A stretch of 64,000 nucleotides of DNA from Ignavibacteriales bacterium (GTDB taxonomy: Bacteria > Bacteroidota > Ignavibacteria > UBA10030 > UBA6906): positions 1 through 64,000 of the forward strand of contig JBBIRR010000016.1 in assembly GCA_037441705.1 (NCBI GenBank), read 5' to 3'. Within the stretch, counting starts at the first letter, position 1. The number at the start of each line of letters is the position of its first letter. Below are positions 1-9,399 of this stretch, one piece after another. The notes beneath the pieces are model-generated. The model was given only the letters and a program-made list of their open reading frames with translations, searched no databases and had not been told where the DNA came from. The translations under genes were made by a program, and so were the position numbers.

Positions 1-20
1 ATCCTCGATTTCCCTCCCAC

Positions 21-58
21 AAAAAAACAAGCTACCCACCGTGTTGATGGGTAGCTTG
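21..58 (-). terminator. Rho-independent terminator of the alpha-glucan operon
   Basis: 11-bp stem CAAGCTACCCA(28-38)/TGGGTAGCTTG(48-58) followed on the minus strand by a T7 tract (A run 21-27), just downstream of the stop at 95. Confidence 0.85.
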
Positions 59-94
59 CATTCAGGCAGATGGACTCCACGTCCATCGGTGATC

Positions 95-1648
95 CTATTT
101 CATCAGCAGCATCTTCTTCGTCTCGGAAAACTTGCCCGCCTCGAGGCGATAGAAGTAGACACCGGAGGCAAGTCGGTCGCCTTCAAACAACGCGACATAG
201 TTGCCGCGGGTCTGCTCCTGATTGACCAACTCCGCAACCTCCTGACCGAGCAGGTTGAACACCTTCAACGTCACATGCACATCTTCCGGAATCGAGTAGC
301 TGATGCGTGTTGATGGGTTGAAGGGATTCGGATAGTTCTGCCGCAGTACGTACGCCGTCGGAATGCCGCGCACACCGACATCCTCGTTCACGTCGGTAAT
401 CCCGTACGGAGGAGTTTCGGCCGGCATCGGCACGTTCTTCTGCCAGATGTCGATCGGCGCAACATACGTCGCCGGCCAGGTATTGGGTGCAGTCGGTTGA
501 ATGTAGCGGCTGCGGTAGGGGTTCTGCACGCCGAGTCCACCGCCTTCGGTAACAGCGCCGCCGCCCTGATGGCGGTACTCATAGTTGTACATCAGCCCGT
601 AGTGTGTACGTCCCTTCACGAGGAAGGTCACCGTCCAGATACTGTCGGTGGGACCTTGCCGGGTCAGGCGCAGGGATGTTGTGAACGCGCCCTGGTTCGC
701 CCGCTGGTTGAATGCCCACGCATAATCCTGGAACAGGACATACAGGGTGTCACTGTTGGGCAGGAACGGATCAACGTAGCGCGTTGCCGGACCCATGTTG
801 ACGCGCAGCGTAACGCGGCACGTATCGGTCGTGTTGAGGAACAGTCCGAACCGATGGATGTTGCTGAAGTAGTTCGGGTCGGAGGAAACGTTGCCGCCCG
901 ATACGGGCACGACGTACTTGCGGTTGCCGTCGCCGCGGTTGTAGGGATGGTCGTACTGCACGCCGTCGAGATTGGTCCCGAATCCGGGGAAGCGCGTTTC
1001 CGCCGAGGCCGAATCGAGCTTCATGAAGTACTTGTAGTCAATCTCGTCGAACGACAACCAGTTGTACGGCATCGTTACCTGATACAGGCCCGACAACGGC
1101 GAGAGTGTCATTGCTGTGCCGCCCCAGTTATTGAAGCCGCCGCGTACCTGCACCGAATCGGTCGCCGGCACGAACCATCCGATCTGCGTCATCGCCCGCA
1201 TGTCGACCCGCCAGGTAATATTGCCGCTGACGGGCACACTGCACAGGCTATCGTAGTTGAACCATACGACCGGAAGGGTCTGGTTTCCCGCCTGAATCGT
1301 GTAGGTCCGATTGCTGCCGCCTTCCCAGTCAAGTCCGCCGCGATTCGGGGTCTTGAGGAACTTGTACTCGATCTGACGGCTGACCATCGTGTCGCCGAAG
1401 ACGATCTGCTTCTCGAAGATGCTGTCGATGGGCGCGAGGTCGCGGAGCGTGTCCCGCGAATTGCCCCAATCGTTGAAGCTGCCCGCCACACGCACGATGT
1501 CGCCGCTGTCGGGCAAGAAAATGCGTTCGCACATCTTGACGCTCATGTTGACACGGAACGTCACTCTGGTGTTCTGCGCCATCGTGATGCCGGTAAGCAT
1601 CAGAAGAAGCGTCACCAGGACGGAGCTTTTCAGCCACGTGTGCTTCAT
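95..1648 (-). CDS. Secreted multi-CBM (CBM20/CBM48-like) protein with T9SS type A C-terminal sorting domain
   Basis: Signal peptide; three related modules ([39 protein letters not shown]..); C-terminal [20 protein letters not shown]...[10 protein letters not shown]...KKMLLMK; SD AAGGAGG. Confidence 0.8.
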   Translation of the reverse strand: MKHTWLKSSVLVTLLLMLTGITMAQNTRVTFRVNMSVKMCERIFLPDSGDIVRVAGSFNDWGNSRDTLRDLAPIDSIFEKQIVFGDTMVSRQIEYKFLKTPNRGGLDWEGGSNRTYTIQAGNQTLPVVWFNYDSLCSVPVSGNITWRVDMRAMTQIGWFVPATDSVQVRGGFNNWGGTAMTLSPLSGLYQVTMPYNWLSFDEIDYKYFMKLDSASAETRFPGFGTNLDGVQYDHPYNRGDGNRKYVVPVSGGNVSSDPNYFSNIHRFGLFLNTTDTCRVTLRVNMGPATRYVDPFLPNSDTLYVLFQDYAWAFNQRANQGAFTTSLRLTRQGPTDSIWTVTFLVKGRTHYGLMYNYEYRHQGGGAVTEGGGLGVQNPYRSRYIQPTAPNTWPATYVAPIDIWQKNVPMPAETPPYGITDVNEDVGVRGIPTAYVLRQNYPNPFNPSTRISYSIPEDVHVTLKVFNLLGQEVAELVNQEQTRGNYVALFEGDRLASGVYFYRLEAGKFSETKKMLLMK

Positions 1649-1768
1649 GCTAACCTCCTTGTGATTGTGAATGGGAACTGGTGTAAGCTACTGCGGTGAA
1701 TCCTGTTGTCGTGGTGGAAACCGATATGCTACCCTCCTTTCTTTTTTCTGTTAGACGTTGATCGTGAA

Positions 1769-2794
1769 TTAGAAAAGCATGGCGACGGCAAATTTATGAA
1801 CATTGCTCAGGCGCCCGAACTTCTCGAAGGCATAGTCGAACCGCACACTGAGGCCGGGCGTGACGGCGTAATTGACGCCTGCACCGAATGTGAGCTGCTC
1901 TTCGGAGTCTCGCACACCGATGCCTTTGTACCCAACTCGGAATGCCAGGATGCGTTCGATGGCAAGATACTCGGCTCCGATGTTGATGCTCTCCGTATTG
2001 TCGTTCGGATGATACGCATCCAGAGCAAACGTCAGCAGTTGGTTCTCGTCGTCGAGCAGCCGGTAGGCGAACCCGATACGCAGCGTTAGCGGCAAGTCGA
2101 AGTAGTCCGTGGCCAAACGTGCGTTGATATTCTGGTTCGAGCCGGCATTCCGCGACACACCAACCGGAATGAGCAGATCATCGCCGGTCATGTTCATCTT
2201 CGTGCCGAAATTGGAAATGCCGGCACCAAAGGTGAGTCCTTTGAACGGCGTCGAAAAGAGCGTACCGACATCCACGGCGAACCCGGTGGCGCTGGAGTTC
2301 CAGATGTATTCGTTGATGTATTTGACGTTGCCGCCGATCGAGAACCACTCGGTCAGGTTCTTGGCGTACGAAAGGCCGACCGCAAAACTGCCGGCGCTGA
2401 AGAATTGATTCGTTCCTTCCGGCTGAAGTTCGGTCGTCCGTTCCATCTCATCCATCGTCAACGACGTGAAGTTGACGCCGAACGTGCCGAGATCGCCAAT
2501 TGGAACAACCACGCCGCCATAGTTGAAATTGATATCGGCAATCCAGTTGGCATGGGCAAAAACCGCCTCCGTACGATACAGGCGGGCGATGCCGGCGGGG
2601 TTCCAGTACATTGCCGAGGCATCGCTGGCAATGGCAACAAATGCGCCCCCCATGCCCAGCGCACGCGCACCGACCGGGATGCTCAAAAACTTCCCGGCTG
2701 TTGTGCCCACCTTCGAGACCTGAGCAGAGACGGTAACTGGCGCGAGAACGCCGGCGAGGAGAATTCCTGCAAGGATGGTTCGTAGCGTCTTCAT
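1769..2794 (-). CDS. PorV/PorQ-family (UPF0164/FadL-like) outer-membrane beta-barrel
   Basis: FLSIPVGARALGMGGAFVA..DASAMYWNPAG motif, alternating beta-strands, terminal Phe; start moved to MKTLRT (2794) behind SD AAGGAGGA. Confidence 0.85.
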   Translation of the reverse strand: MKTLRTILAGILLAGVLAPVTVSAQVSKVGTTAGKFLSIPVGARALGMGGAFVAIASDASAMYWNPAGIARLYRTEAVFAHANWIADINFNYGGVVVPIGDLGTFGVNFTSLTMDEMERTTELQPEGTNQFFSAGSFAVGLSYAKNLTEWFSIGGNVKYINEYIWNSSATGFAVDVGTLFSTPFKGLTFGAGISNFGTKMNMTGDDLLIPVGVSRNAGSNQNINARLATDYFDLPLTLRIGFAYRLLDDENQLLTFALDAYHPNDNTESINIGAEYLAIERILAFRVGYKGIGVRDSEEQLTFGAGVNYAVTPGLSVRFDYAFEKFGRLSNVHKFAVAMLF

Positions 2795-2807
2795 GCGTTC
2801 ATCCTCC

Positions 2808-5800
2808 TTACTTGATAATGGCAAACTTGCCGACTTTCTCGCCGATCCCCGGCGCATCCACATGATAGATGTAGATGCCGTAGGCGACCTGGAGTTGATC
2901 ACGCGTCAGCACGTTCCACTCTGCGGTACCGTCCAGCAGCTCGCTGTCGTGATCGATGCGCGCCACCAATTCACCGCTGACGGTGTAGATGCGAATGGTA
3001 CAGCGCTGCGGCAGGTGTGTGAAATGTATGGACCGTTCCCCGCGACCGGTCGGGAACGGATTGCGCTCCTCCCATGTCGCCGCGGCAACGTACGGGTTGG
3101 GCACAACTTTGATCTTATCAAGCTCGGACTTTGCTTTGTGCTGATCGGTCCGCTGCGCTTTCGTGGTGAACTCGTACACATCATTCCGACTGAACGCCTT
3201 GTGCGTGACGATCGTGACCGTATCGCCCGCTTGATAGGGAGTGCGTGTCGAGTCAAACTGTGTGCGGAATGCCCAGCCCAGCGCCAGCGTATCGCCGTTG
3301 CGACGTTCCAGGAGAAAGATGTAATCGCTGATGCCGCCGGGGAAGTTGGGATCGTACGCCGCGCTGAAGATACCGGGACCGCCGGTCGGCTCAAGCTCCA
3401 GAAAGGCAAAGGGAACCTTTGCCCGAGTCTTGGGATCAATCACCGTGAAGTTTACCGGCACGGGCGGCACAACAATCATGTTGATGTCATCAATCGTAAA
3501 CTCCGTCGACGTGTCGGCGCCGACACTTCCCGAAAAGACGATCTGATAATCACGGGGCGGCCTCTTATCGGAGACCGTGCCCTCATGCCAGGGGGGCAGA
3601 ACAAACTTCCAGGCGTTCGAGCGGTTCACCCCGGAGCGCAATGTATCGACGCCGAAGCGCGTGTCGTTCTGCAGGATGATCTGCAAACCGTCCGCCACCG
3701 GATGATCGAGCGCGCCGGGATTTCGCCGCTGACCAATAAGCGTATCAGGATTTGTTGACGATTCGGTAATATCGGCCAGCGTGAAGGTTTTTGTTCGAAC
3801 GGTGTCCGGGTCGCCCGGTCTTCCGCGGTACGTCGTATCTTCGAACGTCACCCGATAGCGGTGGTTGTCACGAATCTTCCGTGGGTCAACGATGCGGAAG
3901 CCCACCTTCCCTGTGGCGCTGCCGGCAACCAGTGCCACCTCGCTGACCGAAGGCGGCAGATAACCGGCAACGGGAGCCTCGGGCACGATCACCGCGATCG
4001 ATCGCCCAAACTCCTTCACCTTCCCCGAAATCGGGTCAATGCTGATTTTGAGATTGCTTTCGGCCGGCGCGATGTTGAGCGGACGGTAGCCGCGATCGTA
4101 CGCACGCACGGCGTAGTAGTACTTTTGCCCCGCCTGAACCGACGTGTCCGTCCAGGTATGGTACAGGCCCGTGTCATCGCCCAGATAAAACTGCACGCCG
4201 TTGAATGCGATGGCCGAATCCACGCCGCGTATCCCGTTCACTAAATCGAACTGCGCGACAGGGCGAAGCCACGGCGCGGGATTGCCATACGCGTCGGTGA
4301 TCTTCTGCGCGTCCTGAAAAGCAGGATCTGTTGAACGGTAAATGCGGTAGCCTTCAAAGTCGCGCCCATTGGCGCCCGGAATTCCCGCGAGGAACCGGTC
4401 AACGGATTCCTCGGCAAGATCGTCCCAATACAGCGTCACTTGCGGACGGCCGCGTTCGTTGGTGGTTGCCACGGCTGTGACGGTTGGCTCGAGTGGTGCT
4501 TGCGCGAACTGATAGTCTTCCTCGTAGGCCAGCCGCGCGTAGGTCCGCTTTCGGAGCGCATCGGCTTTCGCGCCGGTGAAGTCGGCGTTGCCCGGACAGC
4601 GCACCGCATTGCCCATCACCACCGCGCAGGAGATGCGCTCGATCTGTCCCGCATTCAAAGGAAAGATGCCTGAAGAAACAAACAGGTCGAACTCTCCCGT
4701 GGGAATAAGTGCCGGATTGACGAACGAGCCGGGAATCATGAACTCTGCCCAGAAAAACACATCCGCCGTCTGGCTGAAGTTGATAGCCCCGGCAGGCAGA
4801 TACTGCACGTTCGTCAAACCAATCTGATCGGCTTCGGAGACGTCGGTCTTGTCGATGTTCGGTTCACCGGGAAACGGCGTTCCGACCCCCGACGTGGGTT
4901 TGCCGTCCCCTTCACCCGGATCGTGCGTGTCCGGTGCGCCGTCCAGTCCCACATCGTCGGTGAAGACGTTCCAGTCTCCGTCATCGTCAATCCCGTTGTT
5001 GCGGCTTTCATCCACCAGCTCATCAATGTTTTCGTCAATGCCGCCAACAACGAGTCCATCACGATCAATGTACTTCTTGCCGATGTCTTCAGACCCGACG
5101 TCGTAGAGAATCACGTTCGTGCCGGGAACGCGATAGCGACGATACGGATCGGAGGCTGCCGCATTGACCATCGCCTGCGTGACCGTCGGGAGGTTCGCTT
5201 CGCAGTTGCCGTCGTTATCAATGTTATCTTTGAATCGTCTGTTCAGGTCTTCAGTCCCGACTTGAATGAGATGAATGGACTGCTGCACGAACGAGCGATT
5301 GTTATTCGGCCAGAAGGTGGTATCGTTCTCCGGATTCGGCGGCCACCGGCCCCACACATCCGTCGCGGCAGCGTTGATCATCGCCTGCGTGACGACCGGG
5401 CTGTTCAGCTCGCCGTTGCTGTTGTTATCAATCCCATCGCCAAACCCAACGCCGCGCTGCTCGCCGAAGGGAATGTAGGTGGAATCTTCATCAATCAAAC
5501 CGTTATGGTTGTTGTCGATCTGATCGCCGGAGACTTCGACGGAAGTTCCGGGAAGCCGCGCCTCGAACAACGACGGCAGGACTTTCGGGCCCGAAGCATA
5601 CTCCGGGCTTTCGCCATCGTTGTCGATTCTATCCACGGCGTTGCCGGGAGTTTCCAGATACAGCGTTGCGGCGGCGCCCACGCATACACCCGCAAACGCA
5701 GGATTGGAACTGATGCCGTCGGAATCGAGAGAAAAGGCAACGTCCAGAATCAGATCGAAATTCGGCGCATCGTCCTGCGAATCGCCGTCCCCGCCGACAA

Positions 5801-6569
5801 AATCGGCAAGCCACAGCGTCACCGCAGTCTTCTTGATGTCCTTCGTTCCGTCGTTTTTGATTTCGTGAATGAAGAACACGGCGTCGGCAACCGAGGCTTG
5901 CGACCATTCGAGTGCGCGGTAGTCAATCAGCAACCCAAGGCCGCGGCGTGTGCGATCGGTAGTATCGGGCGTGTAGAGGAAGCGATTGTAATTATCATCG
6001 CCGACGCGAGCGAACAGTTCCTGGTCGGCGTTGAACTGATTCTTGCCGAAGAACCCGTTCCACTTGCCGCGCCAGCCGGGATCGTTGGCATCGGCAAGCT
6101 TATCGGGCCAGAAGTCAGGCCAGGTGGCCGGTTCATCACTCTTTGCAATTTTGCCCGAAGCAACATTGAAGTAGCCGGGAACCGGATTCATATTCCAATC
6201 GCCGCCTGTCGCCTGGTTCGTACGGAATGCCGGAAGATCAACGATACGCACCACGCGACCTGTATCATCTACCACCTCCGCACCGACAAACAACGCGAGC
6301 AGAGCAACGTACACACGATTGGTATTCTTCGGCCATTCATACGGCACGCCCTGCCCTGCACCGGTGCGCCCGGAGAAGCAAAAGTTGAAGACACTCGTAC
6401 GGAGATTGTTGCCGTCAATTTCGGTGCGGCGCCGAAGCGTCGGGTCAACCCGCTCACGGCTCGGCACGTGCTGCGCTTGCAGGTCCATCACTCCCACTCC
6501 GCACAGCATCGCTGCGACAAGAGACACAACGCCGACTGATCTCATGGTGGTCCTGACATTCAGATTCAT
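2808..6569 (-). CDS. Large secreted protein (1253 aa) with acidic Ca-binding-like repeats, Fn3-like region and T9SS-like C-terminal domain
   Basis: Signal peptide; DxIDN[DN]xxG motifs; DFEGYRIYRS...KYYYAVRAYD Fn3-like segment; tail IKVVPNPY...FTHLPQRCTIRIYTVSGELV...VAYGIYIYHV...KFAIIK. Confidence 0.75.
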   Translation of the reverse strand: MNLNVRTTMRSVGVVSLVAAMLCGVGVMDLQAQHVPSRERVDPTLRRRTEIDGNNLRTSVFNFCFSGRTGAGQGVPYEWPKNTNRVYVALLALFVGAEVVDDTGRVVRIVDLPAFRTNQATGGDWNMNPVPGYFNVASGKIAKSDEPATWPDFWPDKLADANDPGWRGKWNGFFGKNQFNADQELFARVGDDNYNRFLYTPDTTDRTRRGLGLLIDYRALEWSQASVADAVFFIHEIKNDGTKDIKKTAVTLWLADFVGGDGDSQDDAPNFDLILDVAFSLDSDGISSNPAFAGVCVGAAATLYLETPGNAVDRIDNDGESPEYASGPKVLPSLFEARLPGTSVEVSGDQIDNNHNGLIDEDSTYIPFGEQRGVGFGDGIDNNSNGELNSPVVTQAMINAAATDVWGRWPPNPENDTTFWPNNNRSFVQQSIHLIQVGTEDLNRRFKDNIDNDGNCEANLPTVTQAMVNAAASDPYRRYRVPGTNVILYDVGSEDIGKKYIDRDGLVVGGIDENIDELVDESRNNGIDDDGDWNVFTDDVGLDGAPDTHDPGEGDGKPTSGVGTPFPGEPNIDKTDVSEADQIGLTNVQYLPAGAINFSQTADVFFWAEFMIPGSFVNPALIPTGEFDLFVSSGIFPLNAGQIERISCAVVMGNAVRCPGNADFTGAKADALRKRTYARLAYEEDYQFAQAPLEPTVTAVATTNERGRPQVTLYWDDLAEESVDRFLAGIPGANGRDFEGYRIYRSTDPAFQDAQKITDAYGNPAPWLRPVAQFDLVNGIRGVDSAIAFNGVQFYLGDDTGLYHTWTDTSVQAGQKYYYAVRAYDRGYRPLNIAPAESNLKISIDPISGKVKEFGRSIAVIVPEAPVAGYLPPSVSEVALVAGSATGKVGFRIVDPRKIRDNHRYRVTFEDTTYRGRPGDPDTVRTKTFTLADITESSTNPDTLIGQRRNPGALDHPVADGLQIILQNDTRFGVDTLRSGVNRSNAWKFVLPPWHEGTVSDKRPPRDYQIVFSGSVGADTSTEFTIDDINMIVVPPVPVNFTVIDPKTRAKVPFAFLELEPTGGPGIFSAAYDPNFPGGISDYIFLLERRNGDTLALGWAFRTQFDSTRTPYQAGDTVTIVTHKAFSRNDVYEFTTKAQRTDQHKAKSELDKIKVVPNPYVAAATWEERNPFPTGRGERSIHFTHLPQRCTIRIYTVSGELVARIDHDSELLDGTAEWNVLTRDQLQVAYGIYIYHVDAPGIGEKVGKFAIIK

Positions 6570-6582
6570 ACGATCTCCTGAT

Positions 6583-9399
6583 TTAGAAACTCATCTCAAT
6601 ACCAAACTGGATCTGCCTCGGCTCGGAGTAGTAATCCGGCCGCAGCAGGTACTCCTCCAGCGTGTTCAACCGGTAGGCTCCGGAAAGCGCGCTGATGCCG
6701 AGCGAAGCAGGCGTGGCACTTGCCCGACCCGTTTCGCCGTACACCCTCACTTCATTCCGCCGGTCAAACAGATTGAAGACTTTGATAAAGACCGTGACGT
6801 TGACGGGATCGAGACGGAAGTTTTTGAAGGCTCGTACGTCAACGTTGTAGTTGGCCGGAAGCCTGCGTGTGTTGGTGGGACGGTACGCGTCGTTGCCGCG
6901 CGACTCGACCTGATTCAGCACGGGGGTGTAAGGCAGTCCCGAGCCGTACTGCCCGATCACAAACACACCCCAATCTTCTCGACTCAACCCTAACGAGAGA
7001 TTCGCCGTGTGGCGCTGATCCCAATCCAGCGGAGCAAGAACCACCCCCGAAACCACTGTGCCTCGGTCATTGGTAGCGTATCGTGCCTGATCGGCCTGCT
7101 TATCGGAGTTCACCCCCTCGGCCGTCTGGAACGTGTAGGAGAGGTTGAACGAAAGCAGCGTCGTAGGACGCTTGACGACTGAGATGGTAACGCCGCGTGA
7201 GTTTGCGTAATCCTTATTGATGAACTGCGTATAAAATACCGTAGCAGTTTCTCCTGTCGGATCAATCACAGGAATGGGCGCGCTGGTGGAGGTCCAGTCC
7301 CGCGTATCGCGATAGAATCCGGTGATGTCGAAGCTGATGTCGTCGGCGATTTGCTGCTGTAAGCCGAATTCATACATGATGGTCTTCTGCGCGTTGAGGT
7401 CGGCATTGCCAAACACGCCCTGCGTGCCGCTGGCAGTCGTGACCTTGAACTCGGGCCGCTGGTACAGGTCGCTGAACGACGGGAATTGCAGGAAATGTCC
7501 GTACGAGAAGTGTAGGACGCCTCGATCGGTGATCGGGTACGAGATGCCGAAGCGTGGACTGATGCTGGTCTTGGGCCGAGCTTTCTTATACCACCACGAA
7601 CGGCGCGCGGCAACAACGGCAGGGTCGCGCTGCTCGTCATCGGACTTCACGCCGTCATTGTTGAGGTCGACGCGATGTTCCTGCTTGAATGGATTGTAGA
7701 TGTTCGGGTCCTGCGGGTCGGTCAGCACATCTCCCCTCGAATTGAAGTAGTCGAACCGCACGCCGATGTTCACGATCATTTCCTCGTACTCCAACTTGTC
7801 CTGAACGTAGGCCGAGAACTCGATCGGCTGACGCGTATATTCCTGATAGAGCGAGCTGGTACGGTCGGGAATGGCGGGGATGGGCCTCCCCTGGGCATCC
7901 TGACCGTTGGTGACATCATATTCCTCGTAGTAAAGCCGATGCAACCTTACCTCGGCGCCGGCTTTCAGTTGGTGCAGCTGGCTGATCTGGTCGGTGTAGT
8001 CGAACTTCGCTCCGCGCGTTTCGGTGCTTCGTTTGAACTGATGATTGTTTGTGCCGACAATGCGGAATTTATAGGCGCCGGCATTCGCCTGCAGCACGTC
8101 GGGGTCAACAACGTAGCGCGGGTCTAAAGGATTGTCATACAGAAATTCTCTGAACTGTTTGTAGAGATAGTAGGCATTGAGTGTAAAGAACGATGTCGGC
8201 GTTACCGTCTGCGTCCACAGGCCGGTAAGATTATAGTTGCGATCGAACTTGCGGACGTCGCCGGTCGGGATCAGAAAGAAATCGTGATTGTAGTCGCGGA
8301 AGTCAATGGTGCTGCCGATGGCGCTCAGACTGATCTTCGTGCCGCCCCCAAGCTGCGCGGTGAGTTTCGCCTGCCCCGAGCGCCGAATGCGTCCGTTCAT
8401 GGGCATCGGCCTGTCCACGTATGTTCGTGAAAGCAGGTTGCCCGACGCGTCGAAGGTTGCCGAATTGCCGGGCAACGGCGTGCCGTCGGGATTGATGATG
8501 TTGTTGCCGTACAACCAGCCGTTCGAGCGAAAATATCTCCCCGACAGATAGAACGTGAACGGCGAGCCGGGGATCGGGCCGCTTAAACTTCCCTCGATGT
8601 TGTGGTTGGCAAAGATGTTGCGATCCTTTGAGTTGAAGAAAATGCCATCGTCCTTCGCGAAGTAGTCGCCCGTGTACGTCGAAAGATTTCCTGCGAAGCG
8701 CTGCTCGCCGTCTTTGGTGATGATGTTGACGATACCGGACATCGCCTGTCCGTACTCTGCGTTGAACGTCCCGCTGATCACCTGCAGCTCCTGCACGGCG
8801 TTGTTGTCCACCTGCACCGCCTGGCTGTTGTCGAAGGCGTCAGTGATGGAAACGCCGTCCACCCAGTAGGCAACCTCGCTTGTTCGCCCGCCGCGAATAT
8901 GAATACCGCCGTCGCGATCTTGAGTGATTCCCGCCTGCAAGGTAAGCACCTCGGAGACTTCCGACACGGGCAGCGACTTGATGGTGCTTGCATCAACGCG
9001 GGCTTCGGTCGAAGTTAAATCCTTACGCACAATCGGCCGCTCTGCCGTCACCACAACCTCTTCAGCCTGCACAGCCTCCGGCGCGAGCTGGATGTTCTGT
9101 GTTGTCGTCAGATCAACGTTGACCACGACGCCGGTGACGGATTTTCTGCTGTAGCCAACGGAGCTGACAACAAGCGTGTAGGTACCGGGCGGAACGTTGA
9201 GAATCACGTAGTAGCCGTCGATGTTGGTGGCCGCGCCCAACGAGGTTCCTTGCACCACCACCGAAGCACCGACTAACGCCTCGCCGGTTTGGCTATCTTT
9301 GACTTCGCCGGCAATCTTTCCGGTCGTTCCCGACCATGCGGCAGCCGCGCACACCAGCACGGCAGCAAGCAATGCAGTGACACGGAGGGTTGCTGTCAT
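6583..9399 (-). CDS. TonB-dependent receptor with N-terminal carboxypeptidase-regulatory-like domain
   Basis: GKIAGEVKDSQTGEALVGASV N-domain; plug IHIRGGRTSEVAYWVDG..ISGTFNAEYG; barrel SPRFGISYPI; terminal Phe. Confidence 0.92.
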   Translation of the reverse strand: MTATLRVTALLAAVLVCAAAAWSGTTGKIAGEVKDSQTGEALVGASVVVQGTSLGAATNIDGYYVILNVPPGTYTLVVSSVGYSRKSVTGVVVNVDLTTTQNIQLAPEAVQAEEVVVTAERPIVRKDLTSTEARVDASTIKSLPVSEVSEVLTLQAGITQDRDGGIHIRGGRTSEVAYWVDGVSITDAFDNSQAVQVDNNAVQELQVISGTFNAEYGQAMSGIVNIITKDGEQRFAGNLSTYTGDYFAKDDGIFFNSKDRNIFANHNIEGSLSGPIPGSPFTFYLSGRYFRSNGWLYGNNIINPDGTPLPGNSATFDASGNLLSRTYVDRPMPMNGRIRRSGQAKLTAQLGGGTKISLSAIGSTIDFRDYNHDFFLIPTGDVRKFDRNYNLTGLWTQTVTPTSFFTLNAYYLYKQFREFLYDNPLDPRYVVDPDVLQANAGAYKFRIVGTNNHQFKRSTETRGAKFDYTDQISQLHQLKAGAEVRLHRLYYEEYDVTNGQDAQGRPIPAIPDRTSSLYQEYTRQPIEFSAYVQDKLEYEEMIVNIGVRFDYFNSRGDVLTDPQDPNIYNPFKQEHRVDLNNDGVKSDDEQRDPAVVAARRSWWYKKARPKTSISPRFGISYPITDRGVLHFSYGHFLQFPSFSDLYQRPEFKVTTASGTQGVFGNADLNAQKTIMYEFGLQQQIADDISFDITGFYRDTRDWTSTSAPIPVIDPTGETATVFYTQFINKDYANSRGVTISVVKRPTTLLSFNLSYTFQTAEGVNSDKQADQARYATNDRGTVVSGVVLAPLDWDQRHTANLSLGLSREDWGVFVIGQYGSGLPYTPVLNQVESRGNDAYRPTNTRRLPANYNVDVRAFKNFRLDPVNVTVFIKVFNLFDRRNEVRVYGETGRASATPASLGISALSGAYRLNTLEEYLLRPDYYSEPRQIQFGIEMSF

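Noticed and set aside
1646-1740. Duplicated SD-like 14-mer (AAGGAGG[T/G]TAGCAT) upstream of the CBM gene
   Set aside because: The upstream copy is followed by ATA, not a start codon; may be chance or a relic, and no function can be supported
4923-6539. Long antisense ORFs (e.g. 497-1699, 4923-6539, 11393-12718, 38576-40090, 58014-59924)
   Set aside because: Shadow frames opposite well-supported genes in GC-rich DNA; no motifs
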